From Nitrosopumilaceae archaeon (GTDB lineage Archaea; Thermoproteota; Nitrososphaeria; Nitrososphaerales; Nitrosopumilaceae): a stretch of 64,000 nt of DNA. The translations under genes were made by a program, and so were the position numbers. The notes under the pieces are model-generated. The model ran no database searches. It was not told the DNA's origin and saw only the letters and a program-made list of their open reading frames with translations. This document shows positions 18,103 to 27,996 of this stretch, piece after piece (position 1 is the stretch's first letter; each line of letters opens with the position of its first letter). The DNA is taken from positions 96,001-160,000 of the forward strand of contig CBDBCR010000003.1 in NCBI GenBank assembly GCA_965203465.1, in the 5' to 3' direction.

Positions 18103-18176
18103 CGCCGTCCACCAGACTTGAACTGGCGACCAACGGATTAACAGTCCGACGCTCTACCAGGCTGAGCTAGGACGGC
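18103..18176 (-). tRNA. tRNA-Asn (GTT)
   Basis: Reverse complement GCCGTCCTAGCTCAGCCTGGTAGAGCGTCGGACTGTTAATCCG...GTTCAAGTC...GGACGGCG. Confidence 0.95.
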
Positions 18177-18212
18177 ACCGCTTGCGCGGCGCGGCCCCAA
18201 GCGATTTATTCC

Positions 18213-18494
18213 TTACTGTCGGAAAACGCCGCGTATGCGCCCGGCGCGCGACTCCACCATCTTTACTATCTCGTCGTGCTCTTCGGGCGTGGGCTCGCGC
18301 CCGTACGAGGCCTGGACTCCGGTCAGCGCCGAGCCGACCAGGTGGCCCACCAGGAAACCGGTCATAAAGTCGGACTTTGAGGAGCACCCCCAGACTTCGG
18401 TTATGCGCCCCGACGGGGACGCCGAGCCGTACGCCGATATCGTCGCGTCTATGTTCTCCAGCGTCAGATCCCGGAACTTTGCGTCCAGCGCCAT
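18213..18494 (-). CDS. Hypothetical protein
   Basis: 93-aa ORF coupled to the end of the L6 gene. Confidence 0.7.
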   Translation of the reverse strand: MALDAKFRDLTLENIDATISAYGSASPSGRITEVWGCSSKSDFMTGFLVGHLVGSALTGVQASYGREPTPEEHDEIVKMVESRAGRIRGVFRQ

Positions 18495-19039
18495 CAGGGC
18501 ATGCCGGCCTTTTTTTCGTACGCGTATATGCCGTCGAGGAACACCCTGTGGTCCTTGCCCTTTACGCGGGTTCCAAGCTCTATGTTGGCCGCCGTCTGCA
18601 TCACGTCGGTCTTTACGTGCCCGCTGACCACGACGTCCTCGCCCTTCGGCTCCACCTTCGTGCCGCCCACGATGCGCGCGGTGCGCGCCGAGCGCTCTCC
18701 CTGGAAGTTTTCTATGACGACCGTCTTTCCTTCCGCCTTTACCGTGATTGGAAAGTGCGCGAATACCACCTTCATGCGCACCGTGTACCCCGAGACTACG
18801 CCCTCGACCAGGTTGCGCACCAGCGAGCGCGAGGCGTTGAGTACGGCGTGATCGCGCTTGCGCGGGCCATTTGCGCGCAGCACCACGCGCCCGTCGGAGA
18901 CCTCGAGGGCCACCGGTATCTTGCGGAAGCTCTGGAAGGTCTTGCCCAGCGGGCCCGAGACGCCCAGCATGTGCCCCTTTAGGGTCACGCTCACCCCGTC
19001 GGGAACCGCGACTTCGGCGCCGAGCAGCTCTGCGGGCAT
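18494..19039 (-). CDS. rpl6: 50S ribosomal protein L6 (uL6)
   Basis: VVFAHFPITVK, ENFQGER, KDHRVFLDGIY. Confidence 0.95.
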   Translation of the reverse strand: MPAELLGAEVAVPDGVSVTLKGHMLGVSGPLGKTFQSFRKIPVALEVSDGRVVLRANGPRKRDHAVLNASRSLVRNLVEGVVSGYTVRMKVVFAHFPITVKAEGKTVVIENFQGERSARTARIVGGTKVEPKGEDVVVSGHVKTDVMQTAANIELGTRVKGKDHRVFLDGIYAYEKKAGMP

Positions 19040-19041
19040 CG

Positions 19042-19473
19042 TCAGGCGCCTCCCTGCCCGGGCTCGTCGCGCCTGTCCGGTCCGTACACGTACCCTATCA
19101 GCAGGCCGCCTATGCCCCTGCCCGAGGCGTCGTGGTGCGACATGACGCCCTGGTTGGTCGTGACCAGCAGCATGCCCTGGTTGTACGCCGGAAGGTACTG
19201 CTGCTCCCACTTGTTGTAGCCGTCCTTGCCCACCTTGAAGCGCGGCGATATGGCGCCGCACTTTGTTATGCGGGCCGCCAGGCGTACCCGGAACTTGCCG
19301 CCACGCCCGTCCTCTATGCGCTCAAAGTCCCGGATGTAGTTGTGCTTTTTGAGCGTCTCGAGCACCTCGACGCCCAGATTCGAGGTGGGCAGTATGGTGC
19401 ACTCGTTGCGCCTGCGCGCCTCGTTGTTGTACAGCGTCACGAACAGGTTGGCTATGACGTTTGTGGCCGGCAT
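19042..19473 (-). CDS. rps8: 30S ribosomal protein S8 (uS8)
   Basis: EDGRGGKF, KCGAISPRF, TTNQGVMSH. Confidence 0.95.
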   Translation of the reverse strand: MPATNVIANLFVTLYNNEARRRNECTILPTSNLGVEVLETLKKHNYIRDFERIEDGRGGKFRVRLAARITKCGAISPRFKVGKDGYNKWEQQYLPAYNQGMLLVTTNQGVMSHHDASGRGIGGLLIGYVYGPDRRDEPGQGGA

Positions 19474-19477
19474 GGTA

Positions 19478-19654
19478 TCACCTGTGCTTCCTGAACCCCA
19501 GAGAGACTGCTACCTCCCTGAAGCACCTTCGGCAGAGCATGAGATTGTACTTTTGTATGACGGCGGTGTAGTCGCCGCACCTTTTGCACCAGCGCGAGCC
19601 GCGCCCAAAGGCGTGCTTTTTGCGGCCCGTGGCCTCGTATGAGCGGTCCTTCAC
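19478..19654 (-). CDS. rps14: 30S ribosomal protein S14 (uS14)
   Basis: FGRGSRWCKRCG..KYNLMLCRRCFRE; GTG start. Confidence 0.95.
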   Translation of the reverse strand: MKDRSYEATGRKKHAFGRGSRWCKRCGDYTAVIQKYNLMLCRRCFREVAVSLGFRKHR

Positions 19655-20157
19655 GCCACGGCCACCCCGAATTCCGAGCTTACGTACCGGCGCGCCTCGT
19701 CGGCCGTGATGGCGTGCCCGCGCCCCACGCTGGCCTTGTGCCTGCTGCGCTTGCGTATGCAGTAGCCGGGCCTTGCCAGCGCGACAGCGACGTCCAGGCC
19801 CATGATGCCTATCTGAGGGTCGTACTTTACGCCCGGTATGTCGATGTGCTCGCGTATGCCGAACGAAAAGTTGCCGAACCCGTCGAAGGCGCGCCCGCTC
19901 AGCGAGTTGCCCTTGGCCTCTACGAGGCGCTTGAGCAGGGCGCCGGCGTCCGATCCGCGCACCGTCACGGCCACCCCGATAGGCTCGCCCTTGCGCACCC
20001 CCCAGTCGCGCAGCGTGGAGCGGGCCTCGCGGGCGTTGGGCTTGTGCCCCGAGATCTGCTCCAGGCACTTTTTCGCCGTCTCGATGACCGGGCCCGACTT
20101 GCCCAGGCCCATGTTCAGCACTACCTTGTCGAGGTATATGCGGCGCATGTCGGCCAC
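19651..20157 (-). CDS. rpl5: 50S ribosomal protein L5 (uL5)
   Basis: KVVLNMG, GVRKGEPIG, GNFSFGIREHIDIPG. Confidence 0.95.
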   Translation of the reverse strand: MADMRRIYLDKVVLNMGLGKSGPVIETAKKCLEQISGHKPNAREARSTLRDWGVRKGEPIGVAVTVRGSDAGALLKRLVEAKGNSLSGRAFDGFGNFSFGIREHIDIPGVKYDPQIGIMGLDVAVALARPGYCIRKRSRHKASVGRGHAITADEARRYVSSEFGVAVA

Positions 20158-20874
20158 TCATGCCACCTCCAGCGCCGGCGAGCCCGAGCCGACCGCCATC
20201 AGGTTTGCCGTCTGTATCTCTATTTCGCGCCCGTCCAGCGAGACCAGCGCCCTCTTGGGCAGGCTGAAGGTCCCGTCGATCAGCGCCTTTACCTTTCCGG
20301 TCGAGCCGGCGTTGGCGCCGCCGGTGACCAGCACCGCGACCCCCTCCTTCATCTGTATGACATCCAGTATCTCCTGGGACGGCACGCGCATGACGCACGT
20401 GTCCCCCACGCCGGCCTTTGTGTCGGTGATCGAGGTGCGCCCGTCGTGGAAGCCCAGCTGCGTGCGGCCTCCCTTTATGCTGCACTTTGAGGTGACCTTG
20501 CAGAGCTTGCGGTCGGCCTCCGATTCTGGTATGGGGCGCGGGTGCAGCAGCGCGCCTTTTTTGGGGACCAGCCTGTACGCGCTCTGGACGCCCTCCAGAG
20601 AGACGACGTCCATCAGTCCGGCGCCGTGGTGGAGCGACTTGCGGACAGCGCCGTCCACGCGCACCCGCCCCGAATAGATGGCCCACTTTGCCTCCCTGAG
20701 GGTCTTTACTATGCCGAGCGTGTCGCGCAGTAGCACCGCCGACGGTATGCAGCGCCTCTTCGGGTGGGGGCCGGGCCTGGACGTGACGACGAAGCGCTTG
20801 TCCTTGCGGGATATGCCCCAGTACGTGGGGGCCATCTGCCGCTTTAGTTTTTTGCTTCCAGATATGCTGACCAT
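20158..20874 (-). CDS. rps4e: 30S ribosomal protein S4e (eS4)
   Basis: LKRQMAPTYW, PGPHP, LGFHDGR, VTGGANAG. Confidence 0.95.
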   Translation of the reverse strand: MVSISGSKKLKRQMAPTYWGISRKDKRFVVTSRPGPHPKRRCIPSAVLLRDTLGIVKTLREAKWAIYSGRVRVDGAVRKSLHHGAGLMDVVSLEGVQSAYRLVPKKGALLHPRPIPESEADRKLCKVTSKCSIKGGRTQLGFHDGRTSITDTKAGVGDTCVMRVPSQEILDVIQMKEGVAVLVTGGANAGSTGKVKALIDGTFSLPKRALVSLDGREIEIQTANLMAVGSGSPALEVA

Positions 20875-20876
20875 TC

Positions 20877-21683
20877 CTATTTCTCCTGTGCTTCCCCGGA
20901 CTCTGCGCGCTGGGATTTTTCCTGTCCGTCCTTGGCAAGATCGTCCTTGGCAAGATCGTCCTTGGCAAGATCGTCCTTGGCAAGATCGTCCTTGGCAAGA
21001 TCGTCCTTGGCAAGATCGTCCTTGGCAAGATCGTCCTTGGCAAGATCGTCCTTGGCAAGATCGTCCTTGGCAAGATCGTCCTTGGCAAGATCGTCCTTGG
21101 CAAGATCGTCCTTGGCAAGATCGTCCTTGGCAAGATCGTCCTTGGCAAGATCGTCCTTGGCAAGATCGCCTTCTTTCTCAGTTGTATTGGCATTAGCTCC
21201 CGTAGGCTCGTCCTTGTCGATGTCGTCCTTGTCGAGATCAACAGAGTCCGCCTCGGGCCATTTTGCGTGCCTTTCGGGATCTCTTTCCACCACGCGCTGC
21301 TCGGTGCGCGGCCTTGCCGGCTCTGGCTTTGGAAGCGCCTTTTCGATGCCGGTGATCCGCTTCATCCTCTTTTTGTCGCCGCCGTTGATTCCGGTGACCC
21401 TCACGTTGGACGCGTGGATCTTTATGTCGAAGCGGTCGCCGCGCTGCTTTTCGCCCTTTTCCCCTTCCAGCGTGACCGTGCCGGATCGCACGTCCACGCC
21501 GGAGACCTTTGCGTCCACGTTCCTGTGGGCCCCGCGCGAGACCCGCACGGTGTCCCCCTCCACCACGCGCACGGACCGGAGGCCGTATTTTGCGCGCAGC
21601 TCTTTGGACAGCGGGCTGCACACCTGCCTGCTCTGCGCGGCCTGGTGGGCCTCCTGCAGGTTGCGCATCCTCGTCGGCCTCAT
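20877..21683 (-). CDS. rpl24: 50S ribosomal protein L24 (uL24) with a long acidic C-terminal repeat extension
   Basis: PLSKELRAKYG.RS..V..GDTV and IHASNVRVT, followed by (DDLAK)n. Confidence 0.9.
   Translation of the reverse strand: MRPTRMRNLQEAHQAAQSRQVCSPLSKELRAKYGLRSVRVVEGDTVRVSRGAHRNVDAKVSGVDVRSGTVTLEGEKGEKQRGDRFDIKIHASNVRVTGINGGDKKRMKRITGIEKALPKPEPARPRTEQRVVERDPERHAKWPEADSVDLDKDDIDKDEPTGANANTTEKEGDLAKDDLAKDDLAKDDLAKDDLAKDDLAKDDLAKDDLAKDDLAKDDLAKDDLAKDDLAKDDLAKDDLAKDDLAKDDLAKDGQEKSQRAESGEAQEK
20928..21167. repeat. Perfect tandem repeat, 16 x GTCCTTGGCAAGATC, within rpl24
   Basis: Counted directly: 240 bp with no substitutions. Confidence 0.95.
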
Positions 21684-21684
21684 G

Positions 21685-22119
21685 TCATACCACCATCGAG
21701 GCCAGGTTCGCCACCCTGGGCCACTTTTCCGAGGCCTCGGCCGCCACGGGCCCCTTTATGTCGGTGCCCTTTGCCTCGCCTTCCGGCGTCATCAGGACCG
21801 CGGCGTTGTCCTCGAACGAGAGGCGCACGCCGTTGAGCCTCCTTATCGGGTACTTTTGCCTGATCACCACGGCCCCGAACACCTGCTTGCGCAGCTCGGC
21901 GGGCCCCTTTTTGACCACCACCTTGACAAAGTCGCCCACCGACGCGGCGGGCAGGCGCGAGACGCGCGTCTTGTGCCCGGGCACCATGACAATCTCGACT
22001 ATCTTCGCGCCCGAATTGTCGGCGCACGCTATCTCGGCCCCTATGGGCAGCGCCTTTGTCACGTACGGGCGGAACTCTGATACCCCCTTGGCCTTGCCCC
22101 GGCTCCTGCCCTGCGACAC
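21685..22119 (-). CDS. rpl14: 50S ribosomal protein L14 (uL14)
   Basis: CADNSGAK, FEDNAAV, KGPVAAEA. Confidence 0.95.
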   Translation of the reverse strand: MSQGRSRGKAKGVSEFRPYVTKALPIGAEIACADNSGAKIVEIVMVPGHKTRVSRLPAASVGDFVKVVVKKGPAELRKQVFGAVVIRQKYPIRRLNGVRLSFEDNAAVLMTPEGEAKGTDIKGPVAAEASEKWPRVANLASMVV

Positions 22120-22442
22120 TAGCTGCGCACCTCCACTACCACGAACGAGACCGACTTTGAGATGGGCCGGCACTCGACGGCCTTTACGGAGTCGCCCGGC
22201 TCGACGGACATGCACCCCGGCAGGTGCGCGTGTATCGTGCTCTTTGAGCGCGCGTAGCGCTTGAACTTTGGCATGTACAGGGGCGCCTCTTTTTGCAGCG
22301 TGACGGTCTTGCGCGCCTTCGTGTTGGTGGCCCTGCCGTCAAAGACGCGGCCTCGCGTGGGCAGGCCCGCGTGGAACGGGCAGTGCTTGTCGTCGCACTC
22401 TTGGTCGGGCACCGAGACCGCAAGCCCGGTCTTGCGGGTCAT
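22119..22442 (-). CDS. rps17: 30S ribosomal protein S17 (uS17)
   Basis: CDDKHCPFH, ECRPISKSVSF. Confidence 0.95.
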   Translation of the reverse strand: MTRKTGLAVSVPDQECDDKHCPFHAGLPTRGRVFDGRATNTKARKTVTLQKEAPLYMPKFKRYARSKSTIHAHLPGCMSVEPGDSVKAVECRPISKSVSFVVVEVRS

Positions 22443-22657
22443 TGCCTGCGCTCCGGCCTGCCGAGCAGGCGGCCCTCCACTTCGAGCCCGTCTATGAGGA
22501 ACGTGCACGCGTCCTTTGGCAGCACGGACGGCACCGGGCCCCCCGCGTCCACCGAGACGGTGCGGGCGGTCTCGGCCACCGCCGTGCCCGAGACGCGCTC
22601 AAACAGGGGGTGCGCAGAGGCCGAGACCGACACGCGCGCGCCCAATACCTCGGTCAT
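22439..22657 (-). CDS. rnp1: RNase P protein subunit Rpp29/Pop4
   Basis: Position between L29 and S17; GTAVAET and GRPER motifs. Confidence 0.75.
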   Translation of the reverse strand: MTEVLGARVSVSASAHPLFERVSGTAVAETARTVSVDAGGPVPSVLPKDACTFLIDGLEVEGRLLGRPERRQ

Positions 22658-22854
22658 TTCTCCATCTCCGTCATCCTAGTCAGCATCCGCGCGATGTCTC
22701 TTTTAATAGCCTTTATCTTGCCGTTCTCCTTGCGCAGGGTGCCCTTCGAGGCGTCGGTGCGCAGCCTGGCAAGCTCGCCGCGCGCTTCGGTTATCTTTTT
22801 CTGCAGGTCCTGCCGGTTCATGGCCCTCAGCGCCGAGGTCTTTACGCGGCTCAT
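22654..22854 (-). CDS. rpl29: 50S ribosomal protein L29 (uL29)
   Basis: [26 protein letters not shown]. Confidence 0.9.
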   Translation of the reverse strand: MSRVKTSALRAMNRQDLQKKITEARGELARLRTDASKGTLRKENGKIKAIKRDIARMLTRMTEMEK

Positions 22855-23636
22855 TGCGGAACCTCCGGCTTGGCCTCGGCCTGTCCGGGTTCGGGCTCCG
22901 GTTCGGCACCCTTTGGCTCGGCTTTGGGATCTTTGGGTTGCTCGGCTTTGGGCTCCGCGTCGGCTTTCTCGGGTTCGGGCCCCGCCTCTGGCTCGGCTTT
23001 TGCTTCCTCGGCTTTCTCCGCCCCGGCTTCCGGCTTTTTGGCCTTGCCGTCGCCCTTGTGCTCGAACTCGGCCGGCACGGCGTTCTTTTTGGCTATGCGC
23101 ACGCGCACCCCGATGAGGCCCATCGGCGTCTTTACGTGTGCGATGTCCTCCGAGACTATCATGGCCGCGCTGTGGCCGGCGCGTGGGAGTATCCCCTGCG
23201 TGTGCTTTTCGAACGCCGAGCGGTCCCCGCGCAGCTTGCCAGAGACTGTTATCTGCACCCCCATGGCGCCGCCCTCCATTATCTGGCGCAGCGTCCACAT
23301 GGTGGCCCTGCGGAACGATATGCCCCTCGATATGTGGGTGGCTATCCTGTTGCACATGACGTTGGGCGAGAGCTCGGGCTTTTCGAGCTCCGAGACGGTT
23401 ATCTGCGGATCCTTGAGCCCGAACCTTTCGGCGAGCACGTCGGTGATCTCTTTGATCCCGACGCCCTTGCGCCCGATGACGATGCCGGGGCGCGTGACGT
23501 GCAGCGTCACGCGCGTGCCGGTCGGCCGCTTTGCCATCTCGAAGCCGCCGAATCCCGCGTCCTTGATGTGCTCGCGCAGGTATTCCTTGATGAGCATCAC
23601 GTTGTAGTTGGAGGTGATGACGTCGCGCGTGGGCAA
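22851..23636 (-). CDS. rps3: 30S ribosomal protein S3 (uS3) with a Pro/Glu/Lys/Ala-rich tail
   Basis: [29 protein letters not shown]; TTG start. Confidence 0.95.
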   Translation of the reverse strand: MPTRDVITSNYNVMLIKEYLREHIKDAGFGGFEMAKRPTGTRVTLHVTRPGIVIGRKGVGIKEITDVLAERFGLKDPQITVSELEKPELSPNVMCNRIATHISRGISFRRATMWTLRQIMEGGAMGVQITVSGKLRGDRSAFEKHTQGILPRAGHSAAMIVSEDIAHVKTPMGLIGVRVRIAKKNAVPAEFEHKGDGKAKKPEAGAEKAEEAKAEPEAGPEPEKADAEPKAEQPKDPKAEPKGAEPEPEPGQAEAKPEVPQ

Positions 23637-23638
23637 TC

Positions 23639-24097
23639 TCAGACCTCCACCGCCACCATCTCGGCGTGCGTCCTGGTGTTGTTGTTTGCAGACGAGCGCC
23701 CCTGCGCGCGCGGTATGAAGCGCTTTATGATCGTCCCCTTGTGCGTGGTCACGTTGATTATGCGCAGCCGCTCCACGTCCATGCCCTTGAACTCGGCGTT
23801 GGCCTCGAGGTTGTCGAGCAGCCACAGGAACCGCTTCGCCGCCTTTTGCGGGTAGCGCCCCGCCATGACGCCCGGATCCGAGCGGTGGCCCACCTGCCTG
23901 TTGAACCTGCGCATGGGCACGGCGCTCTCGAGGTTGGCCACGCGGTTGAGAAAGTCCCGCGCCCGCTCCACGGGCATGCCCTTGATGGCCCGCCCTATCT
24001 CGCGCGCGTGCTTGTGCGAAAAGTCCTTTTCGCGCACCGAGGCGCGCACGTGCCGGGCCGCGTCGTAGCCCTGGAAAGCGTAGGAGAACCGCGGCAT
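23639..24097 (-). CDS. rpl22: 50S ribosomal protein L22 (uL22)
   Basis: [14 protein letters not shown]. Confidence 0.95.
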   Translation of the reverse strand: MPRFSYAFQGYDAARHVRASVREKDFSHKHAREIGRAIKGMPVERARDFLNRVANLESAVPMRRFNRQVGHRSDPGVMAGRYPQKAAKRFLWLLDNLEANAEFKGMDVERLRIINVTTHKGTIIKRFIPRAQGRSSANNNTRTHAEMVAVEV

Positions 24098-24103
24098 GCC
24101 GGA

Positions 24104-24499
24104 TCACTTTAGCGGCACGTACAGGCTGGAGCGCGAGGCTCCCACGCCCGGCGAGCCGTGCTGGACCCGCTTGTTTGTAATGACGTATTCGCCGAGGTAG
24201 TGGCCTATCATCTCCTCGCGCAGCTGCACCGGGACGAACTCCTTTCCCGAAAAGACGTTTACCGTCGAGCCGACCATGTAGGGGAGTATCACCAGATCCC
24301 GCAGGTGCGTCTTTATCGGGCCCTCGAGCTTGCCCGCCTTTGCCGCCTTTATCTCGCCGGAGAGCTTGCGCTTGCCGTCGCTTATCCCCCGGTTCAGGGA
24401 GCGGCGCTGGCGCGAGTTGAGAAGGGGCAGGAGCTTGTCCTTGGGGAGCGCCTCGAGCTCGGCGTGCTGCATGCCCCTGTACAAAAACTCCTTCACCAT
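24104..24499 (-). CDS. rps19: 30S ribosomal protein S19 (uS19)
   Basis: [25 protein letters not shown]. Confidence 0.95.
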   Translation of the reverse strand: MVKEFLYRGMQHAELEALPKDKLLPLLNSRQRRSLNRGISDGKRKLSGEIKAAKAGKLEGPIKTHLRDLVILPYMVGSTVNVFSGKEFVPVQLREEMIGHYLGEYVITNKRVQHGSPGVGASRSSLYVPLK

Positions 24500-24538
24500 T
24501 CTGACGCACCTGTTTGGGCGGAGCACCGGGCGGCCATA

Positions 24539-24802
24539 TTAGAGCATTCCTATGTTGGAGGCGAGATCGCGGGCCTTTTCGACGCTTTCCAGCATCACGA
24601 ACGCCTTTTTGCCGTATATCGTGCGGGCCGTGTTGACCTTGGCCACCTTGGTCTTGTAGAGCGCCTCGACGGCCTCGGCTATCTCCGGCTTTTTGGCCGA
24701 GCGCTCGACCACGAAGCAGACGCGGGCCCCGTCTACCAGCTCGAAGGTCTTTTCGGTTATCAGCGGCTTCAGTACCACCTTGGCGGCGGCCTCGGGGGTC
24801 AT
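24539..24802 (-). CDS. rpl23: 50S ribosomal protein L23 (uL23)
   Basis: PLITEK, KVNT..GKKAFV. Confidence 0.95.
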   Translation of the reverse strand: MTPEAAAKVVLKPLITEKTFELVDGARVCFVVERSAKKPEIAEAVEALYKTKVAKVNTARTIYGKKAFVMLESVEKARDLASNIGML

Positions 24803-25575
24803 GCCGCGGCCCCCAGGCCGCGCACGGCCGATTCAGAGTACACCACCAGCCGCGCGGGCTCGCCGCCCGGCGCCAGGTCGAGCACGCTCAGGCGCGAGGC
24901 CTCGCGCGCCTCCACGCCCGGGATCGCGCCGCAGGCCCTCTGCAGATCAGACTTTGCGGAAACGACGAACAGCACGCTCCTGCCGCGCTTGTGCGCCCTG
25001 CCGCGCAGCGCCGCCTTGCCGGTGCGAGCCTTGCGGCCCGAGAGGCGCGCCGCGTCGGCCCCGAGGCCCAGCGACGAGATGGCGCCGGCCAGGACCGACG
25101 CCTTTTGGATCTTTTCGACCTCGTCCGATACTACCAGCGGGAGCTTTGCGTCCCCGGGCTCGTGGCCCCTGCGCCTCACCGCCTCTTCCGAGGCCGTCGC
25201 GGCGATGGCCGAGCGGAGCGCCAGCCTGCGCTCCTTGCGGTTGATCTCCTTGCGCGTGACCTTTTCGACCTTTGGCGGGTGCGCCTGCCTGCCGCCGCGC
25301 ACCGATGCCACGCCGCCGGCCTGGCCCATGCGGCCGCCGCCCCCGCCCCGCATCTTTGCTATGCGCGAGACGCCCCTCCCGGTGGGCGGATCGTTGGAGC
25401 GGGCCACCACGTCCATGCCGGCCGTCGGGTGCGTCCCCTTGGGCTGGAACCGGTGCGATTCCAGGCACGTGTGGACGCGCCTTATCAGGTCGGGCCGGAA
25501 CTGCGTCTCGAAGACGGGCGGCAGGTCTATCTCGGATCTCTTGGAGCCGTCGATGCCCAGCACGTCGGCCTTCAC
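24799..25575 (-). CDS. rpl4: 50S ribosomal protein L4 (uL4)
   Basis: [25 protein letters not shown]. Confidence 0.95.
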   Translation of the reverse strand: MKADVLGIDGSKRSEIDLPPVFETQFRPDLIRRVHTCLESHRFQPKGTHPTAGMDVVARSNDPPTGRGVSRIAKMRGGGGGRMGQAGGVASVRGGRQAHPPKVEKVTRKEINRKERRLALRSAIAATASEEAVRRRGHEPGDAKLPLVVSDEVEKIQKASVLAGAISSLGLGADAARLSGRKARTGKAALRGRAHKRGRSVLFVVSAKSDLQRACGAIPGVEAREASRLSVLDLAPGGEPARLVVYSESAVRGLGAAA

Positions 25576-26555
25576 GCGACCACCTCCAGTATGTTGGGCT
25601 TTGCCGGCTTTGCCGGGGCGTTGCGCGCCTGCATGCGCATCTTTACCAGCCGCCTGTTGGCGCCCGGCACCGATCCCTTCAGTATCACGTAGTCGCCCCC
25701 GACCTCGCCAAAGTGCTTGTAGCCGCCCGGCGGCGTTATCCGGTCGTCGCTGCCCACGCCCACCTTCATTATCCTCTTGTTGTATTCTATGCGCTGGTGG
25801 AATCCCGTCTGCCCCGCCCTGGGCACCGTGTACATGATGTACTGCGGCGATATGGGCCCCAGCGAGCCCAGCTCGCGCACGGTCTTGCGCGACTTGTGCT
25901 GCTTGCGCTTGGCGCCGTACCTGCGGATGACGCCCTGCCAGCCCTTGCCCTTGGTTATGGCCGCCACGTCCACGCCGGCGCCCGCCTCGAAGACGTCGCC
26001 GAACCGGACCTCGCGGCCCAGCAGGTCCTTTGCGTGATCAAAGCACTCCTTTACGGTGCCGCCCGAGACGGGCATCTCGAAGATGTACGGCTTTTTCTGA
26101 TCGAGGCCGGCGGCGCTGGGCGAGACGGCCAGCACGGCGAACACGGAGCGCACGCGGCCCAGCATCTTTTCTGCGTCCTCCACGGAGACCCCTTTCGGAG
26201 ATACGCGCTTTGATATGTGGCGCGGCAGCTCCGTTGCGAACGCGTCGAACTCCGCGTGCATTCCGTGCGTGTCCTTTGAGTAGCCGCGCATGCCCAGCAC
26301 CGTGACCGGCGGCGTCGCGATGACGGTCCCCAGGCTCACCAGCTGCTTGCCGTGGTTTGGCGCGTGCTCGCGGTCGTCTATCGTGACCAGCTGCACGCAC
26401 CCCGCCTTGAAGCCGCAGTGTCCGGCCAGCCGCGGGCCGCCCTCGACATGCGGCCACCCGCGCATGCGCATGCGCGCCTCCATGCTCTTTGCCCTGCCGC
26501 GCGGCAGGTACGCCAGGCTGCCCCTGCGGGGCTGGCTGTGCTTGCGGTGGCCCAT
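25572..26555 (-). CDS. rpl3: 50S ribosomal protein L3 (uL3)
   Basis: PRRGSLAY, ITKGKGWQG, PRAGQTGFHQR. Confidence 0.95.
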   Translation of the reverse strand: MGHRKHSQPRRGSLAYLPRGRAKSMEARMRMRGWPHVEGGPRLAGHCGFKAGCVQLVTIDDREHAPNHGKQLVSLGTVIATPPVTVLGMRGYSKDTHGMHAEFDAFATELPRHISKRVSPKGVSVEDAEKMLGRVRSVFAVLAVSPSAAGLDQKKPYIFEMPVSGGTVKECFDHAKDLLGREVRFGDVFEAGAGVDVAAITKGKGWQGVIRRYGAKRKQHKSRKTVRELGSLGPISPQYIMYTVPRAGQTGFHQRIEYNKRIMKVGVGSDDRITPPGGYKHFGEVGGDYVILKGSVPGANRRLVKMRMQARNAPAKPAKPNILEVVA

Positions 26556-26998
26556 TGCGGCGCGCCTCCGCCGGCCCCATTATAAGCCATTAGAGCGGCG
26601 CGCGCGGCCGGCGGCTCCGATTCCGGAGTCGTGGCCGTCGGTGCGCCAAAGCTCCGCCGCGGAGTCCGGGCGCGCGCGGCACCGCATCCGCCCCGCACAA
26701 ACAGCGCGCCGTGGCCAACCGCGCATTCGATCTTTGGTTGCGCAAGCGGCCGAGACTGCCGATCCGGCGTTTTCCGCGCCGCGGCGGCGAGCGCAGGCGC
26801 CCGGACAAAAGCTCAGGCACCGCCTGCGCTTTGGCCCGACGGCGGCCGCGGCAGGATAGGCGTTGCCGGAATTGCGCCGTTTCCGATCGCGGCGCCGTGC
26901 GTGCGCGGCTTCGCGCCGTCCCCGGCTTCCCGCCGTTTGGTGGGCCTTCCGGCCGCGCGAGCCGGTCCGGGAATGCACCCGCGGCACGATCCCGCCCG

Positions 26999-27904
26999 TC
27001 ACAGCATGCCGCACTCTCGCAGCGTTTCGGCCTTTCTGGGCTTTTTCGTGCCCGTCTCCATGGTGGTAGAATGGATGAGGTCGATCGATTTCCAGTCGGG
27101 TACGTCAAAGGGCTCTTTGATTTTGCCCTCTATGGTTTCTTTGAACGACTCGTTTATCTCGACTCCCAGGCCCCTGCGGTTCATCGCGTTGGCCACCTTT
27201 AGCGTCGTGCCGCCGCCCAAGAACGGATCGAAGACGAGGTCGCCCTCGTCGGTCATGGTGTGGATCATCAGCGACACCAGCTCTTCGGGGTAAGACGCCA
27301 TGTGGTAGTTCATCGACTTTACGTTGGGCGGGCGGTACGCCGGGATTCGTATTATGTTCCCGAGGCACCTACCCCCGGGGTTCATCTTGTGCTTTCTGGG
27401 ATCCGCGTCGCGGTATTTGTTCGGCACGCGGGGCTTGTGGAACGTGTAGCCGCAGTCCCCGTCCTTTGCAAACACGAGCAGGAATTCGTACTTGTTGTCG
27501 AACAGCCTCTCCGCGTACGAGCAGGGCTGGGGCAACGCGTTGGGGATGTACCATACCAGCGTGTCCCACAATTCCCATTTGCGCATCTTGGCGCGTATGT
27601 CGAACCCGAGCGGGTAGTATTTCTTCTTGTGCCTCCTGTTTCCCACGTTGAGGACGAAGAGGCAATCGTCCTTGGCCACGCGGTAGCACTCGTCCCACAC
27701 GCGGTTGAGATCTTCCAGGTACTCGTCGTATCCCGAAAGCCCGATCTGCCCGCTGTGGCCGTAGTCTTTCAGGTTCCAGTACGGCGGGCTCGTCATTATG
27801 AAGTCCACGGTCTTATCTTTGATGCGCGGGACGCTCCTCGAATCCCCGAAAAGCACCGTCTGGTCGCGTATCTTTACGCCGTCGGCGATTCCGATCCGTG
27901 CCAC
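26999..27904 (-). CDS. Orphan beta-class N4-cytosine/N6-adenine DNA methyltransferase
   Basis: TSPPY precedes DPFLGGGTT; no adjacent endonuclease gene. Confidence 0.85.
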   Translation of the reverse strand: MARIGIADGVKIRDQTVLFGDSRSVPRIKDKTVDFIMTSPPYWNLKDYGHSGQIGLSGYDEYLEDLNRVWDECYRVAKDDCLFVLNVGNRRHKKKYYPLGFDIRAKMRKWELWDTLVWYIPNALPQPCSYAERLFDNKYEFLLVFAKDGDCGYTFHKPRVPNKYRDADPRKHKMNPGGRCLGNIIRIPAYRPPNVKSMNYHMASYPEELVSLMIHTMTDEGDLVFDPFLGGGTTLKVANAMNRRGLGVEINESFKETIEGKIKEPFDVPDWKSIDLIHSTTMETGTKKPRKAETLRECGML

Positions 27905-27996
27905 GCAACTGCGAGCGGCGGCAAAGTTAAAGGCTTTTCGAGCGGCCCGCTCCCGGCGGGGGCCGGCCCGCGGGTTGGAAAAAAGAAAGGGGCGCC

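Noticed and set aside
17015-18176. tRNA genes as integration sites of a provirus or island
   Set aside because: No duplicated tRNA 3' ends or adjacent integrase seen in the window; the integrase remnant is more than 10 kb away.
20928-21167. Possible CRISPR array
   Set aside because: Units are head-to-tail 15-mers with no spacers, lie in frame inside rpl24, and no cas genes are present.
19478-21241. 587-aa ORF with (ILPRT)n repeats ending in S14
   Set aside because: Shadow frame across rpl24, rps4e and rpl5; the true S14 begins at GTG 19654.
24499-24539. Absence of rpl2 between L23 and S19, and cluster ending after L6
   Set aside because: To my knowledge this split arrangement is normal for Nitrosopumilus-type genomes, so it is not evidence of gene loss.
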